DNA from: a candidate division WOR-3 bacterium | GTDB taxonomy: Bacteria > Hydrothermota > Tepidihabitantia > SM23-42 > JAOAFX01 | NCBI GenBank assembly: GCA_039802205.1 | Contig: JBDRWD010000004.1 | Coordinates: 11,229 to 75,228, forward strand | Length of the DNA: 64,000 nt | Direction of reading: 5' to 3' | Shown: positions 18,701-27,658 of the stretch, piece by piece | Layout of the letters: every line of letters starts with the position of its first letter | Numbering within the stretch: the first letter of the stretch is position 1 | Notes under the pieces: generated by a model | Databases searched by the model: none | The model's input: the letters and a program-made list of their open reading frames with translations, nothing else | Told to the model about the DNA's origin: nothing | Translations under genes and position numbers: made by a program

Positions 18701-20320
18701 ACGATAAAGGCGCGGGTTAATCCTGCGGTGGCTTTGGGTTGGCCACGGATGGTTTTTGGTTACTTATTTTCTTCACCCAATTTTGGTGATTTGGATCCGG
18801 ATTATCCGGGATTGGAGGTGGTGGTTTCTTCGCGGAATGGGGATGTTTACATGTGGCATTGTGATGGCACGCCGGTGGGTATAGATCCATATGGGCGAAT
18901 ATTTTCTTGTAATTCCGAGATTTGGTCTTCGCCGGCGGTGGGCGATGTGGACAGGGATGGCAATTTAGAGATCTGTCTTGGGATAAGGCGGTGGGGAGAG
19001 AATCTTTATATTTTGCGGAGATCCGGAATTAGTTGGATTCCTATGGATAATTGGCCCAAGAGTCTTGATGGTTCGATAATTGGTTCACCAGTATTAGCGG
19101 ATATTGATAATGATGAAGATTTAGAGGTATTTGTTATAACAGAGGCTGGAAGGTTCTATGTATTTCATCATACAGGTGAAGGTGTTTATTCCCCAGATGG
19201 AATATTAAAAGTTTTATATGGGTGGCATGGAGGCTCGCCAGCGGTGGGTGATTTAAATAACGATGGGGATTTAGAGATAGTTGCATGTGGTGGTTCACAA
19301 TCAGACTCTTTATTTATTTGGGATCGTCATGGTAATTATTTTGGTGTCTTTCCTAAGCAGGTGGCGGCAAAGATGTGTTATTCGCCGGTTTTGGGTGATG
19401 TGATTGGGGATGGTTCGCTGGAGATTTGTTTTTATACGGATTCTACAGACATGGTCCATCTGTTAGATATGAATGGGAATTTGGTATGGCAGAGATATAT
19501 CCCGGCGTTGGGTGATGTTGAGGGGTACCCGGTGCTCGCGAATGTGGTTGGGGATGGGCGTCCAGAGGTGGTTGTGGGCAGCAATCGGGGTTCGATGTTT
19601 CTTTCGGTGTTAGATTCGTTGGGTAATATAGTTTCAGGTTTTCCGGTTTCGTTGGGTTGGGAGTTTAAGTTACCAGTGGTTGGAGATGTGGATGGTGATG
19701 GTATGATGGATTTGGTTTGTGGAGCTGGTGATTGGAATTTGTATGCGTTTCATAGTAATGGTGGGTTGGTTAGTGGTTATCCAATTCATTTTGGTATTCG
19801 GATTGAACAATCGCCGGCACTTTACGATATTGATCAGGATGGTAAGTTGGAGTTGATGATTGGCGCGAATGATTATCGATTTTGGGTTTTTGATTTAGAT
19901 GGGCAGTTTTTCGAATGGCCTAAGTTTCGTTATGATCCTTATAATTCGGGTTGTTATAAGTCGCTTTACTGGGCGAATGTTGGAGAAGTTATTACAAAGA
20001 GCGGTGGTGATAGATTTTATTTTGGGGTCTATCCCAATCCTTTTAAGGATCGTTGTGTGATCCGTTTAAAGATTCCGAGCAGCAAGTTGGTTGGTCAAAA
20101 CAGGGAGGCGGTTAAAGATTTTAGCCTTGTGGTTTATGATGTTTTGGGACGTCAGGTGAGGATGTTTAATCTGGATCCTGCAAGGCTGGATCAAATATCA
20201 GACATTATCTGGGATGGTTCGGATAATCTGGGCCGGAAATTACCATCGGGAATTTATTTTGTTCGTCTGAAAGTGGGTCAGTTGAATGTGATCAGGAAAG
20301 CAATTCTTTTGAATCATTGA
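15782..20320 (+). CDS. Peptidase C25 (gingipain-like) family protein with FG-GAP/VCBS repeats and a T9SS C-terminal domain.
   Basis: Features of the C25 catalytic domain are present: LLGNDVPDIPTRW, FTTDLYYSDLDGNWN, DVFVGRIP, the His candidate in TWLAHGD, and the Cys candidate in VVISCFTGP. At least 7 FG-GAP repeats of the pattern SP.LGD.D.DG.LE follow. The C-terminal domain ends NPFKDR...VVYDVLGRQV...SGIYFVRL. There is a signal peptide. Confidence 0.75.
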   Translation: MIKIKILAPLLILPSLIFSLHITVPVDQLNYTISDFEGYKKICLENGVTVGNPGSPEIPSFVYTLFLPTNQKIKNVNIAAAEWEEIAGEYLLFPVQPPALLNGPLKFFGPDSEIYQYPGFYPENLVIAFHSGNLRGYHLGQILIAPFRYEPITKKLYVLRKLVLDIETEPYAGGIKPYRQTRFSQKIFENILQTMSQFKFLGGTIHHPEVSIEDNTEDLLPSDLPSFSGTPLDLIIVTTEPFVPVYEEFLRYKKLFGFNGVIKTMEWIRNHYLGVDDAEKLRNFIRDAVEKWGVSFVLLGNDVPDIPTRWVWVDYVMGSYPAHFTTDLYYSDLDGNWNFDGDEQFGEVSDSIDLYPDVFVGRIPAHVPDDVEHYLNKTLSYLFALQTPPNSNESWQRQALFVTSMFWSQNDSYYIARNQLSPLLPGNFGRNFFNESSKQQILRGIKEGYNLITWLAHGDVNLLRARTTPREYVSNFDFDSLANNIYPFMVVISCFTGPFQEDCLGEHWVMNSHGGGIGYIGPTSSSAAYNHIDYIRTLFPNLFSEPLSVSLAFSKIPWIPYAQFDNWHRVFQYSLNLLGDPTLKLWSVVPHRIDSVLVDPDTLNVGYDTLTLHIFPMIERFEVVYYKENEVFLKDSGFVGIAVTPLRTRSTGFLKYTIIADGCVPYIDSLYVLPLSGYLVYQGQRVVDTLGNGDGIPNPGEIIDLFIGLRNTGTQPLDSVFLRIASLDSFVTILVDTARYGVIMPGGVEENLTPLRIAIGPWTPDGYEVYLALDIGGFYSDSCSFTVEAPVLRLFTQDYILDGGVYKVLPVVENCGSGDADSVYALVRSYSDTVVVLDSLVYFGGVSSGHVVSARDTFRLMLNYPGRVVYSFALYSRGWQAEERQVVLGRPMRVDSLWAFGTPNSVVLNWVMVSGAVGYRIYRALEPNGDFEYIGNPLTRVSYYEDLGVELGRDYYYYVVAVDSSLNQGYASDTIKARVNPAVALGWPRMVFGYLFSSPNFGDLDPDYPGLEVVVSSRNGDVYMWHCDGTPVGIDPYGRIFSCNSEIWSSPAVGDVDRDGNLEICLGIRRWGENLYILRRSGISWIPMDNWPKSLDGSIIGSPVLADIDNDEDLEVFVITEAGRFYVFHHTGEGVYSPDGILKVLYGWHGGSPAVGDLNNDGDLEIVACGGSQSDSLFIWDRHGNYFGVFPKQVAAKMCYSPVLGDVIGDGSLEICFYTDSTDMVHLLDMNGNLVWQRYIPALGDVEGYPVLANVVGDGRPEVVVGSNRGSMFLSVLDSLGNIVSGFPVSLGWEFKLPVVGDVDGDGMMDLVCGAGDWNLYAFHSNGGLVSGYPIHFGIRIEQSPALYDIDQDGKLELMIGANDYRFWVFDLDGQFFEWPKFRYDPYNSGCYKSLYWANVGEVITKSGGDRFYFGVYPNPFKDRCVIRLKIPSSKLVGQNREAVKDFSLVVYDVLGRQVRMFNLDPARLDQISDIIWDGSDNLGRKLPSGIYFVRLKVGQLNVIRKAILLNH

Positions 20321-20414
20321 CAGGATGAAGAAAAAAAATATAATTGGGAGATGAAAGGGGGTGAGAAAAATAAAAAACATGAGAGAAAATAATTATCAAA
20401 AGAAAGGAGTGGCT

Positions 20415-23400
20415 ATGAAAAAAATCGCGATTCTAATGGTAATAGCAACACTGGCACTGGGGGCAATAAAAACCCAGGTGCCCACGCCGGTTCAACCGGT
20501 TCAAAAAGAAGAACAAAAAAATGATTGGGAAAGTCCAGTAGACCGCACCGACATCATTCCAGTATTCTCAAGCGAGGTTAAATCTCAATTCATTCCTGTT
20601 ACCTATGGAGATGCAACGAAGATTGCTTTCTCCAACGGTATTTCATTTGATACCAAACTTCTGGGCAAAAATGGTGAACCGGATTTACCTGTGGATCTAA
20701 AGACACAATATCGGGATGATGAAACTGGCTACTATATCGTTCAATTTTCAGGACCGATCTATGGACCTGAGAAAGACTGGCTTGAAGCACAGGGTGCGAA
20801 GATTCATTTCTACATTCCCAACTATGGATTTGTCATCTCTCTAAAGAATCAAGCACAGAAAAATGCCATTTTGGCTAATCCAGCAGTTAACTGGTTGGGT
20901 ATTTATCAGCCGGCTTATAAGATTTCCCGGCTTTTTGATGCGGTTGATGGTGAACATGTGGTGACGATTCTGCTTTTCAATGATGCTGATATGACCGTGG
21001 CTCTGGAAAAAATCAAGGCAGTATCCTTAGCCCGGGATATTATCACTTCCGACAATGGTATCAACAAAATGGTCTGGTGCACGGTTAATAAGGCGGACTT
21101 GAATAAACTGGCGAATATCAAAGAGATTTACTGGATTGAACCCTATATCCAGCCTCATGCCTATAATGTCAATGTTCAGTGGGTAGTGATGACTGGCTAT
21201 CGTTCAACAGCCCCACCTAACAATGATGATACAGCCCGCCGGATGTGGGGGATGGGGATTTACGGTGATGGTGAAATCATCAACCATTGTGATTCAGGAA
21301 TCAATACCCAGCACTATCTGCATCGTGCCGGTAGTGCCCAGATTACGACCTGGGGTGTATATCCGACGCATAATAAAATCGTTGCCTATGATTCTGGTGC
21401 ACCGGCTCAAATAGTATTTGGTGATGGTTCTGGTGCTTCTTATCATGGCACCCATACCGGTTGTACTGCAGCAGGGAATGATACGACTTTAGGGACGAGT
21501 TATTATGATGGTGTGGCCAAACGTGCCCGGATATACCACAATGATTGTGGTGATAATACGAGTTCTTCGATCTATACCTTTGGGGATTTGAATGATCTCT
21601 ATATCCGGCCTTATAACAAATACTATGCGAGCCATGGAATAAGGGCGTATTTGAGCACCAACTCTTGGGGTGCAGATGTGGGGGGTGCATATACAGGCAT
21701 GAGCCTCAATGTCGATCAGTTCATGTGGGCTCATAAGGATTTTCTGTTATTCTATTCTAATGGAAATTCTGGTCCGTCAGCGAATACAGTAGGTTCTCCA
21801 GCGACAGCTAAAAACTGTGTTTCGGTTGGAGCCACTGGTAATGGCACATCTTCCAATTCCCTTGCTTCTTATTCCAGCCGTGGTCCAACCGATGATAACC
21901 GTATCAAACCAACTATCTGCACGCCAGGTTCAAGTGTTATTTCTGCCACCACCGGAACCACAGGAACTGGAACGATGTCTGGAACGAGTATGGCTTCGCC
22001 TGGAGCATGTGGTGCAGGTGCACTGGTTAGACAATACTTAAGAGAGGGTTGGTATCCTACGGGTAAAAAGGTCGCCGGAAATGCCTGGTCTTATATCAGT
22101 GCGGCAATGATAAAGGCGATATTGATAAACTGCGCGGACCCAAATGTTTCAGGTGGAACTGTTCCGGATAACAATATCGGCTGGGGTCGGGTTGACCTTG
22201 ATTCCACACTATATTTTGCCGGTGATACCCGTAAGACGCTCCTCGTCGATGATACCATCGGTATTTTGACCGGTGAGCGAAAGGATTACCATTTCAGTGT
22301 TCCTTCAGGTGCCGCGAATTTAAAGATCACCCTTGTCTGGACCGATTATCCAGGCAACCCAGCAGTCAATAAACAGATTGTAAATGACCTTGATCTGTAT
22401 GTTCAGGTGGGAAACACCTATTATCGTGGTAACCAATACTCTGGGGGTCAATCAGTGGCAAATCCACCTGGTCGGGATTCCCTTAATGTTGAGGAATGTG
22501 TAAGGGTAAATTCACCGACCGCCGGCGACTGGCTGGTGAGGATTGAAGGCCGAAATGTACCCTATGGACCACAGCCCTTTGCTTTGGTGATTACCTATAC
22601 TGCCGCGACCGTTGCTGGAGTTGTTACAACTGATAAGGCAGTTTATCGTGCCAATGATTTCATTATTGACACCGTGCGGGTAAGAGTTGAGGACCCAAAC
22701 TATGGGGTGGTTGGAATTAGGGATACAGTCCGTGTTGTGCTAACTGGGAAATACATTGAGACTCAACCCGAAACTCTGAGATGCGTGGAGCTTGCGGAGA
22801 GTGCATATGTCTTCAAAGGTGAGATACCGTTGCTCTTCCGTGGTGCAGTCCATGGTGATGGAAGACTCTCTGTCTGCCAGGGTGATACGATTTATGTCTC
22901 CTATACCGATAATAATCCTTCTTATGTTTCTACCACTTGGGCAGCGGTTGATGCCTGGTATTTTAACATCTACAATGTCCATTGTGAGAACATCGATGCT
23001 ACATCAGTAGATATCTGCTGGAATACGAATGAAGGTGCAAATTCCAAGGTTTATTATGGCACGAATCCAAACAATCTCAACCTTGTAGCGCAAGTTGATA
23101 CTCCTTACTGCATGCCGCATCGAGTAAAACTAACAGGATTAACGCCCAACACCATCTACTATTATGATGTGGAATCAAAAGATTTCCGCGGCAACGCAGT
23201 GCGCGACAACAATGGTGGTCTCCATTATACCTTCAAGACAAAACCTCAGGCTGGAATAGATGTTCTGGTTGTGGTATTGAACAACAATCTCCAGGGCACT
23301 GAATTTGCTCATCCAGACTTCATGAAGAATGCGCTCATTGCTGGTGGCTGGACTTATAACTGGTGGTCAACCAAGGATCAGGGACAGTATAGACGGAACG

Positions 23401-24992
23401 ACTTAAAGTGGTATAAAGCCGTATATTTCCAGGTCGGACAGGAAAACTATCCAGTCTGGACGGTTGCCCAGAAAGAGACGATAAAGACCTATCATGATGG
23501 TGGTGCCCGTTTTGCCATGACCGGTCATGATATTGGTTGGGATACGTGGCAATACAGCCGGGTGGATACGATCTTCGCCAAGGACTATCTCCATTTCCGT
23601 TATATTGGTGATATCACCGCTACCACCTGGACTTCCTTGCGAGGTATTGCGGGTGATCCGATCTCTGGAAATTATACAGCGGGTGTGACTTATCAACCAT
23701 TCCGGCAGGGCGCAGCAGGTGATTCTATTAGGCTTTCCGGGACTGGTGCAGCAGGAACTGGAACTTATGTCTGGCATGGTAATGCGGCGAATGATTCTTG
23801 CGGTATCAAATGGGAATCGACGAATAATATGGGAACACCAGGTGATGGTGTCTGGGGTGGCCAGCGGACAAGGGTGGTAACCAACGCGTTTGAGATCACT
23901 CAGATTGATACTACAAATCCCAATAGTACCACCCGGACCGATATTCTCAATAACATGTTCATCTGGCTGATTGGCCATGACCATCCGGATGTGACAATCT
24001 CTTCGCCGGTGGCAGGTCAGACCTATACCTCAAGCCCAATCACCATCTCCTGGACTGCAACCGCCTATGGTGGCGCCCAGATTGATACTACCTGGATTGA
24101 ATACTCACCTGATGGTGGTTCAACCTGGTATCTGATTGCTTCTGGGACCAATCTTACTTCGCCTTATTCGTGGAATGTGAGTACCCTTCAGAATAGCAAC
24201 AGATATCGGGTGCGGGTGACGGTCAATGATAAGAATGTCTATCCATCGATGAGGGGCTTTGCCGAGACCGGCAATTTCCGGATTAACATTGCGGGCAATG
24301 ATGACCTTGGTCCAAAGGTGATACCGAATTCAATCATCGTGGCGAATAACCCGAAATTTGTAACTTCGACTGACACCGTTTTGACCTTTACGGCTGTAGT
24401 GAGTGATTCTGAAACTGGTTTGAGCACAATCGGTGCAGCAAGTTACATTGCCAAGAGTCCGAATGCCTCAAGTGGCGAAGTACCGATGACGGTCGTGGAC
24501 GGTGCATGGGATGAGATTGTTGAAGATGTTGCCGGTTCTATCCGATTAGTTTACACGCCGAATGTGGTTAATATCTGCACACTCTTTGTCCGGGGCCGCG
24601 ACAATGCATCATATCGTGCACAGAACTGGGGTGCCTGGTATTATAGGACTTTCACTTTGATCAATGGCGATATCCGTCCAGTAGGCATTAGCGAAGGTAG
24701 TAATATTATCCCTGTGGCATACAATCTTTCAGCGCCTATGCCCAATCCTGCAAAGGGAGTGGTCAGAATACACTATGCAATTCCTCATCCTACCAAGGTG
24801 ACGCTGAAGATCTACAACTGTCTCGGTCAGGTAGTGCGGACACTGGTGGACGCCGAACAGAAACCAGGAGTTTACACCATTTACTGGGATGGCAGGGACG
24901 AGAATGGGCGACGGCTTGCTGCGGGAATTTATTTCTACCAGATGGTTTCTGACGAGTTCACTGATACAAAGAAGACGATCTTGCTGAAATAA
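20415..24992 (+). CDS. S8 subtilisin-family peptidase (paralog of the 12254 gene) with an FN3-like middle region and a T9SS C-terminal domain.
   Basis: Catalytic motifs INHCDSG, SYHGTHTG and GTSMASPGA. The C-terminal domain ends NPAKGV...LKIYNCLGQV...AGIYFYQM. The start was chosen at ATG 20415, which is preceded by AAAGGAG; the alternative upstream starts are GTG 20361 and ATG 20379. N-terminal and core motifs are shared with the 12254 gene. Confidence 0.9.
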   Translation: MKKIAILMVIATLALGAIKTQVPTPVQPVQKEEQKNDWESPVDRTDIIPVFSSEVKSQFIPVTYGDATKIAFSNGISFDTKLLGKNGEPDLPVDLKTQYRDDETGYYIVQFSGPIYGPEKDWLEAQGAKIHFYIPNYGFVISLKNQAQKNAILANPAVNWLGIYQPAYKISRLFDAVDGEHVVTILLFNDADMTVALEKIKAVSLARDIITSDNGINKMVWCTVNKADLNKLANIKEIYWIEPYIQPHAYNVNVQWVVMTGYRSTAPPNNDDTARRMWGMGIYGDGEIINHCDSGINTQHYLHRAGSAQITTWGVYPTHNKIVAYDSGAPAQIVFGDGSGASYHGTHTGCTAAGNDTTLGTSYYDGVAKRARIYHNDCGDNTSSSIYTFGDLNDLYIRPYNKYYASHGIRAYLSTNSWGADVGGAYTGMSLNVDQFMWAHKDFLLFYSNGNSGPSANTVGSPATAKNCVSVGATGNGTSSNSLASYSSRGPTDDNRIKPTICTPGSSVISATTGTTGTGTMSGTSMASPGACGAGALVRQYLREGWYPTGKKVAGNAWSYISAAMIKAILINCADPNVSGGTVPDNNIGWGRVDLDSTLYFAGDTRKTLLVDDTIGILTGERKDYHFSVPSGAANLKITLVWTDYPGNPAVNKQIVNDLDLYVQVGNTYYRGNQYSGGQSVANPPGRDSLNVEECVRVNSPTAGDWLVRIEGRNVPYGPQPFALVITYTAATVAGVVTTDKAVYRANDFIIDTVRVRVEDPNYGVVGIRDTVRVVLTGKYIETQPETLRCVELAESAYVFKGEIPLLFRGAVHGDGRLSVCQGDTIYVSYTDNNPSYVSTTWAAVDAWYFNIYNVHCENIDATSVDICWNTNEGANSKVYYGTNPNNLNLVAQVDTPYCMPHRVKLTGLTPNTIYYYDVESKDFRGNAVRDNNGGLHYTFKTKPQAGIDVLVVVLNNNLQGTEFAHPDFMKNALIAGGWTYNWWSTKDQGQYRRNDLKWYKAVYFQVGQENYPVWTVAQKETIKTYHDGGARFAMTGHDIGWDTWQYSRVDTIFAKDYLHFRYIGDITATTWTSLRGIAGDPISGNYTAGVTYQPFRQGAAGDSIRLSGTGAAGTGTYVWHGNAANDSCGIKWESTNNMGTPGDGVWGGQRTRVVTNAFEITQIDTTNPNSTTRTDILNNMFIWLIGHDHPDVTISSPVAGQTYTSSPITISWTATAYGGAQIDTTWIEYSPDGGSTWYLIASGTNLTSPYSWNVSTLQNSNRYRVRVTVNDKNVYPSMRGFAETGNFRINIAGNDDLGPKVIPNSIIVANNPKFVTSTDTVLTFTAVVSDSETGLSTIGAASYIAKSPNASSGEVPMTVVDGAWDEIVEDVAGSIRLVYTPNVVNICTLFVRGRDNASYRAQNWGAWYYRTFTLINGDIRPVGISEGSNIIPVAYNLSAPMPNPAKGVVRIHYAIPHPTKVTLKIYNCLGQVVRTLVDAEQKPGVYTIYWDGRDENGRRLAAGIYFYQMVSDEFTDTKKTILLK

Positions 24993-24996
24993 AGGC

Positions 24997-25033
24997 AAAT
25001 GGGGCAGGGTTTCACCCTGCCCCATTTTGTTTT
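24997..25033 (+). terminator. Rho-independent terminator after the S8 paralog.
   Basis: AATGGGGCAGGG-tttca-CCCTGCCCCATT stem followed by TTGTTTT. Confidence 0.7.
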
Positions 25034-25052
25034 CCAAACCGGAGGTGTTGAA

Positions 25053-27656
25053 ATGGTTAAGGTTATGAGTTTTTTGGCTATTTTTATTTTTTCCTTTGCT
25101 CAATCTAACCTGGTAAGAATTGAACTCGAGGCGGACCGGCTGGAGCCACTTTTTGCCCGGGATCTAAAAATCATAAAGGAGCTGGATAATTGTGCATTGG
25201 TCCTGGCAGATGATGATGAAATTGCAGAATTAAAAGATTTTAAATTAGAAATATTGGAGAAAAATCCGAAAGAAGGGAAATATTATCTGATTTACACCTT
25301 TGGTAACTCGTTTGAACCTGGGATGTTTGGCAGGGTTCTTACTGTGGACAATAATGTCTATTTGATAGAACTAAGAGAAGATAGACTCATGCCCTTGACA
25401 CAGGAACGCGTGGAAATCGTCCGTCTATCTTTCAAACCTATCATAAAATCCGGGTCAATAAATTTACCGGAAGTGCGTTATCACCCGATTATTCAGGAGA
25501 TTGTGAATCGGGTCAATCCCGATACGGTGTTGAGTTTTGTCCGGCGTTTGCAAAATTTTAGGACCCGATATTCAACCCATGATTCCTGTTTTGCTGCGGC
25601 AAACTGGATAAGAAACAAATTTATTGAATACGGCTGTGATTCGGTATATTTTCAATACCACACTTCTGGTTATGCACCGAATGTGATAGGAATAAAAAGA
25701 GGAGTTTTATATCCCAATATTTATGCAATCATTGATGGTCATTTTGATGCGACATCAAATCAAGCACCGAATATTGCTCCAGGAGCGGATGATAATGCCA
25801 GCGGCACTGCTGCAGCGCTTGAGGCGGCAAGGGTCTTAAGAGATTATCAATTTGAGTATTCTGCCCGGTTTATTGCCTTCAGCGGCGAAGAACAGGGTTT
25901 ATACGGCAGTACCTATTATGCTAATAACGCTCGGCAGAATGGCGATAGTATCCTTGGGGTTTTAAACGGAGATATGATTGGCTATGTGGATATCTCGCCA
26001 GAAAATTGCAATGTTTTGACCAACAGCGCCAATGTTCCTTTTGCCGATTTCTTTGTTGCCTGTGCCGATACCTATACCAACTTGCTCACTGTGAAGCAAA
26101 CACTTTCTTCTATTCCTTCTGACATCCAACCATTCTACGACAATGGTTATCACGGATTATGTAATATTGAAGATTACTGGCCCACCAATCCCCACTATCA
26201 CCGCACGAGTGATACAATTGGTGCGGGGTATAATAATAATCCCTTTGCTACCGAAGTAATAAAGGCAGAAATTGCTGCACTCTGTGTTTTAATAAAACCT
26301 TATGAATCCAACCGTCCCAATGTGTTGCTAAATCGCACTGCGGTGGTGGAGGATAATAATAACAATGGCCGGCTCGACCCAGGTGAGAATGCCGGAATTG
26401 TTTGCTATGTTCGGAATGCTGGGGGGATGGCAGCAACCAATACCACGGCAAAATTGCGGTTAAACGATATTTACATTACACTGCTTGATTCTACCACCAC
26501 CTATGGAACGATTCCAGCTGGTGATTCTGCACACAATAGTTTGGATCCATTCCGGGTTTCTGTCTCTCCTGCCTGTTCCATCGGGCATACCGTCAATTTT
26601 CAGCTTTATATTGTTTGTGCGGAAACTTCCTGGACGAGAAATTTCAGTTTAACCGTCGGCCGGCCGATGCCCACTGATACTGGATATTATTATGTCTACT
26701 GGTCGGGTTGTCCATATCAACAGGCACCGGTTTATAGTTGGTTTGCAATAGATACGACCCAGACCCAGAATCCCGGAATATCTTTGAATCTCAGTGACGA
26801 TCAGGTTAGGCGTGTGGGATTGCCCTTTACCTTCAAATACTATGGTTTGAATTACAATCGTATTTCAATATCATCAAATGGATTCGTAACTTTGGATTCA
26901 GCAACATCCAGTTATCCATCGAATTATGGTTTGCCAAACGCAAGTGCACCACGAACTTGTGTTGCAGGTTTATGGGATGATTTGGACCCTGGGGTTAGTG
27001 GGGCTCCTGGTGATGTTTATTATTACAATGATGCGGCAAATCATCGTTTTGTAGTGGAATGGTTTAGGGTTCCCCATTATGGTGCAAATACGACTTTGGA
27101 GACATTTGAGATAATTTTGTATGACCCCGCTTATTATCCGACGCCAACAGGGGATGGTGAGATAATAGTTCAGTATATGAATTCAATGCAGCAGAGTGAT
27201 AATACCATTGGTATACAGAATTACGCACGGGATGTTGGTATTCAGTATTACTATGACGGCACATATCATCAGTGGGCGGCTCCCATTACTTCTCAGTTTG
27301 CTTTAAAGTTTACAACCTGGCCGCCAACGGTTGGAATTGAGGAAAAAAGAGATTTGACCATTACAGATAGACCAAATTTGATCTTGGTTCCGAATCCCTT
27401 TAAATGCCGACTGAATATCATATATTCTCTGCCAAACGATTATGATGAAAAATCGAATCTCAGCCTCGCGATTTACGATGTTTTAGGAAGACTTGTAAAA
27501 TCTTTTACTCCTGAGACTTTAACTCGGGATTCAGGTGCAAGTATTGTCTGGTTAGGAGATGATGACTTAGGTCGAAAGGTACCCGATGGTGTGTATTTTG
27601 TGCGAATGATTGCCGGTGAGTATCAGGAGACAAAGAAAGTCGTGGTTCTTAGGTAG
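25053..27656 (+). CDS. M28-family zinc aminopeptidase with a T9SS C-terminal domain.
   Basis: HFDATS...GADDNASGTAAALEAARVL...FSGEEQGLYGS...NGDMIG, the classic di-zinc M28 ligand set. The C-terminal domain ends NPFKCR...LAIYDVLGRLV...GVYFVRM. RBS GGAGG precedes ATG 25053 and a signal peptide. Confidence 0.85.
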   Translation: MVKVMSFLAIFIFSFAQSNLVRIELEADRLEPLFARDLKIIKELDNCALVLADDDEIAELKDFKLEILEKNPKEGKYYLIYTFGNSFEPGMFGRVLTVDNNVYLIELREDRLMPLTQERVEIVRLSFKPIIKSGSINLPEVRYHPIIQEIVNRVNPDTVLSFVRRLQNFRTRYSTHDSCFAAANWIRNKFIEYGCDSVYFQYHTSGYAPNVIGIKRGVLYPNIYAIIDGHFDATSNQAPNIAPGADDNASGTAAALEAARVLRDYQFEYSARFIAFSGEEQGLYGSTYYANNARQNGDSILGVLNGDMIGYVDISPENCNVLTNSANVPFADFFVACADTYTNLLTVKQTLSSIPSDIQPFYDNGYHGLCNIEDYWPTNPHYHRTSDTIGAGYNNNPFATEVIKAEIAALCVLIKPYESNRPNVLLNRTAVVEDNNNNGRLDPGENAGIVCYVRNAGGMAATNTTAKLRLNDIYITLLDSTTTYGTIPAGDSAHNSLDPFRVSVSPACSIGHTVNFQLYIVCAETSWTRNFSLTVGRPMPTDTGYYYVYWSGCPYQQAPVYSWFAIDTTQTQNPGISLNLSDDQVRRVGLPFTFKYYGLNYNRISISSNGFVTLDSATSSYPSNYGLPNASAPRTCVAGLWDDLDPGVSGAPGDVYYYNDAANHRFVVEWFRVPHYGANTTLETFEIILYDPAYYPTPTGDGEIIVQYMNSMQQSDNTIGIQNYARDVGIQYYYDGTYHQWAAPITSQFALKFTTWPPTVGIEEKRDLTITDRPNLILVPNPFKCRLNIIYSLPNDYDEKSNLSLAIYDVLGRLVKSFTPETLTRDSGASIVWLGDDDLGRKVPDGVYFVRMIAGEYQETKKVVVLR

Positions 27657-27658
27657 CT

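Noticed and set aside
25053-27656. The 885-aa M28 cargo protein as the glutaminyl cyclase
   Set aside because: It has the di-zinc aminopeptidase motif GADDNASG together with a full ligand set and a PA-like insert. The mono-zinc QC-like signature is instead found in the separate 263-aa gene at 46193.
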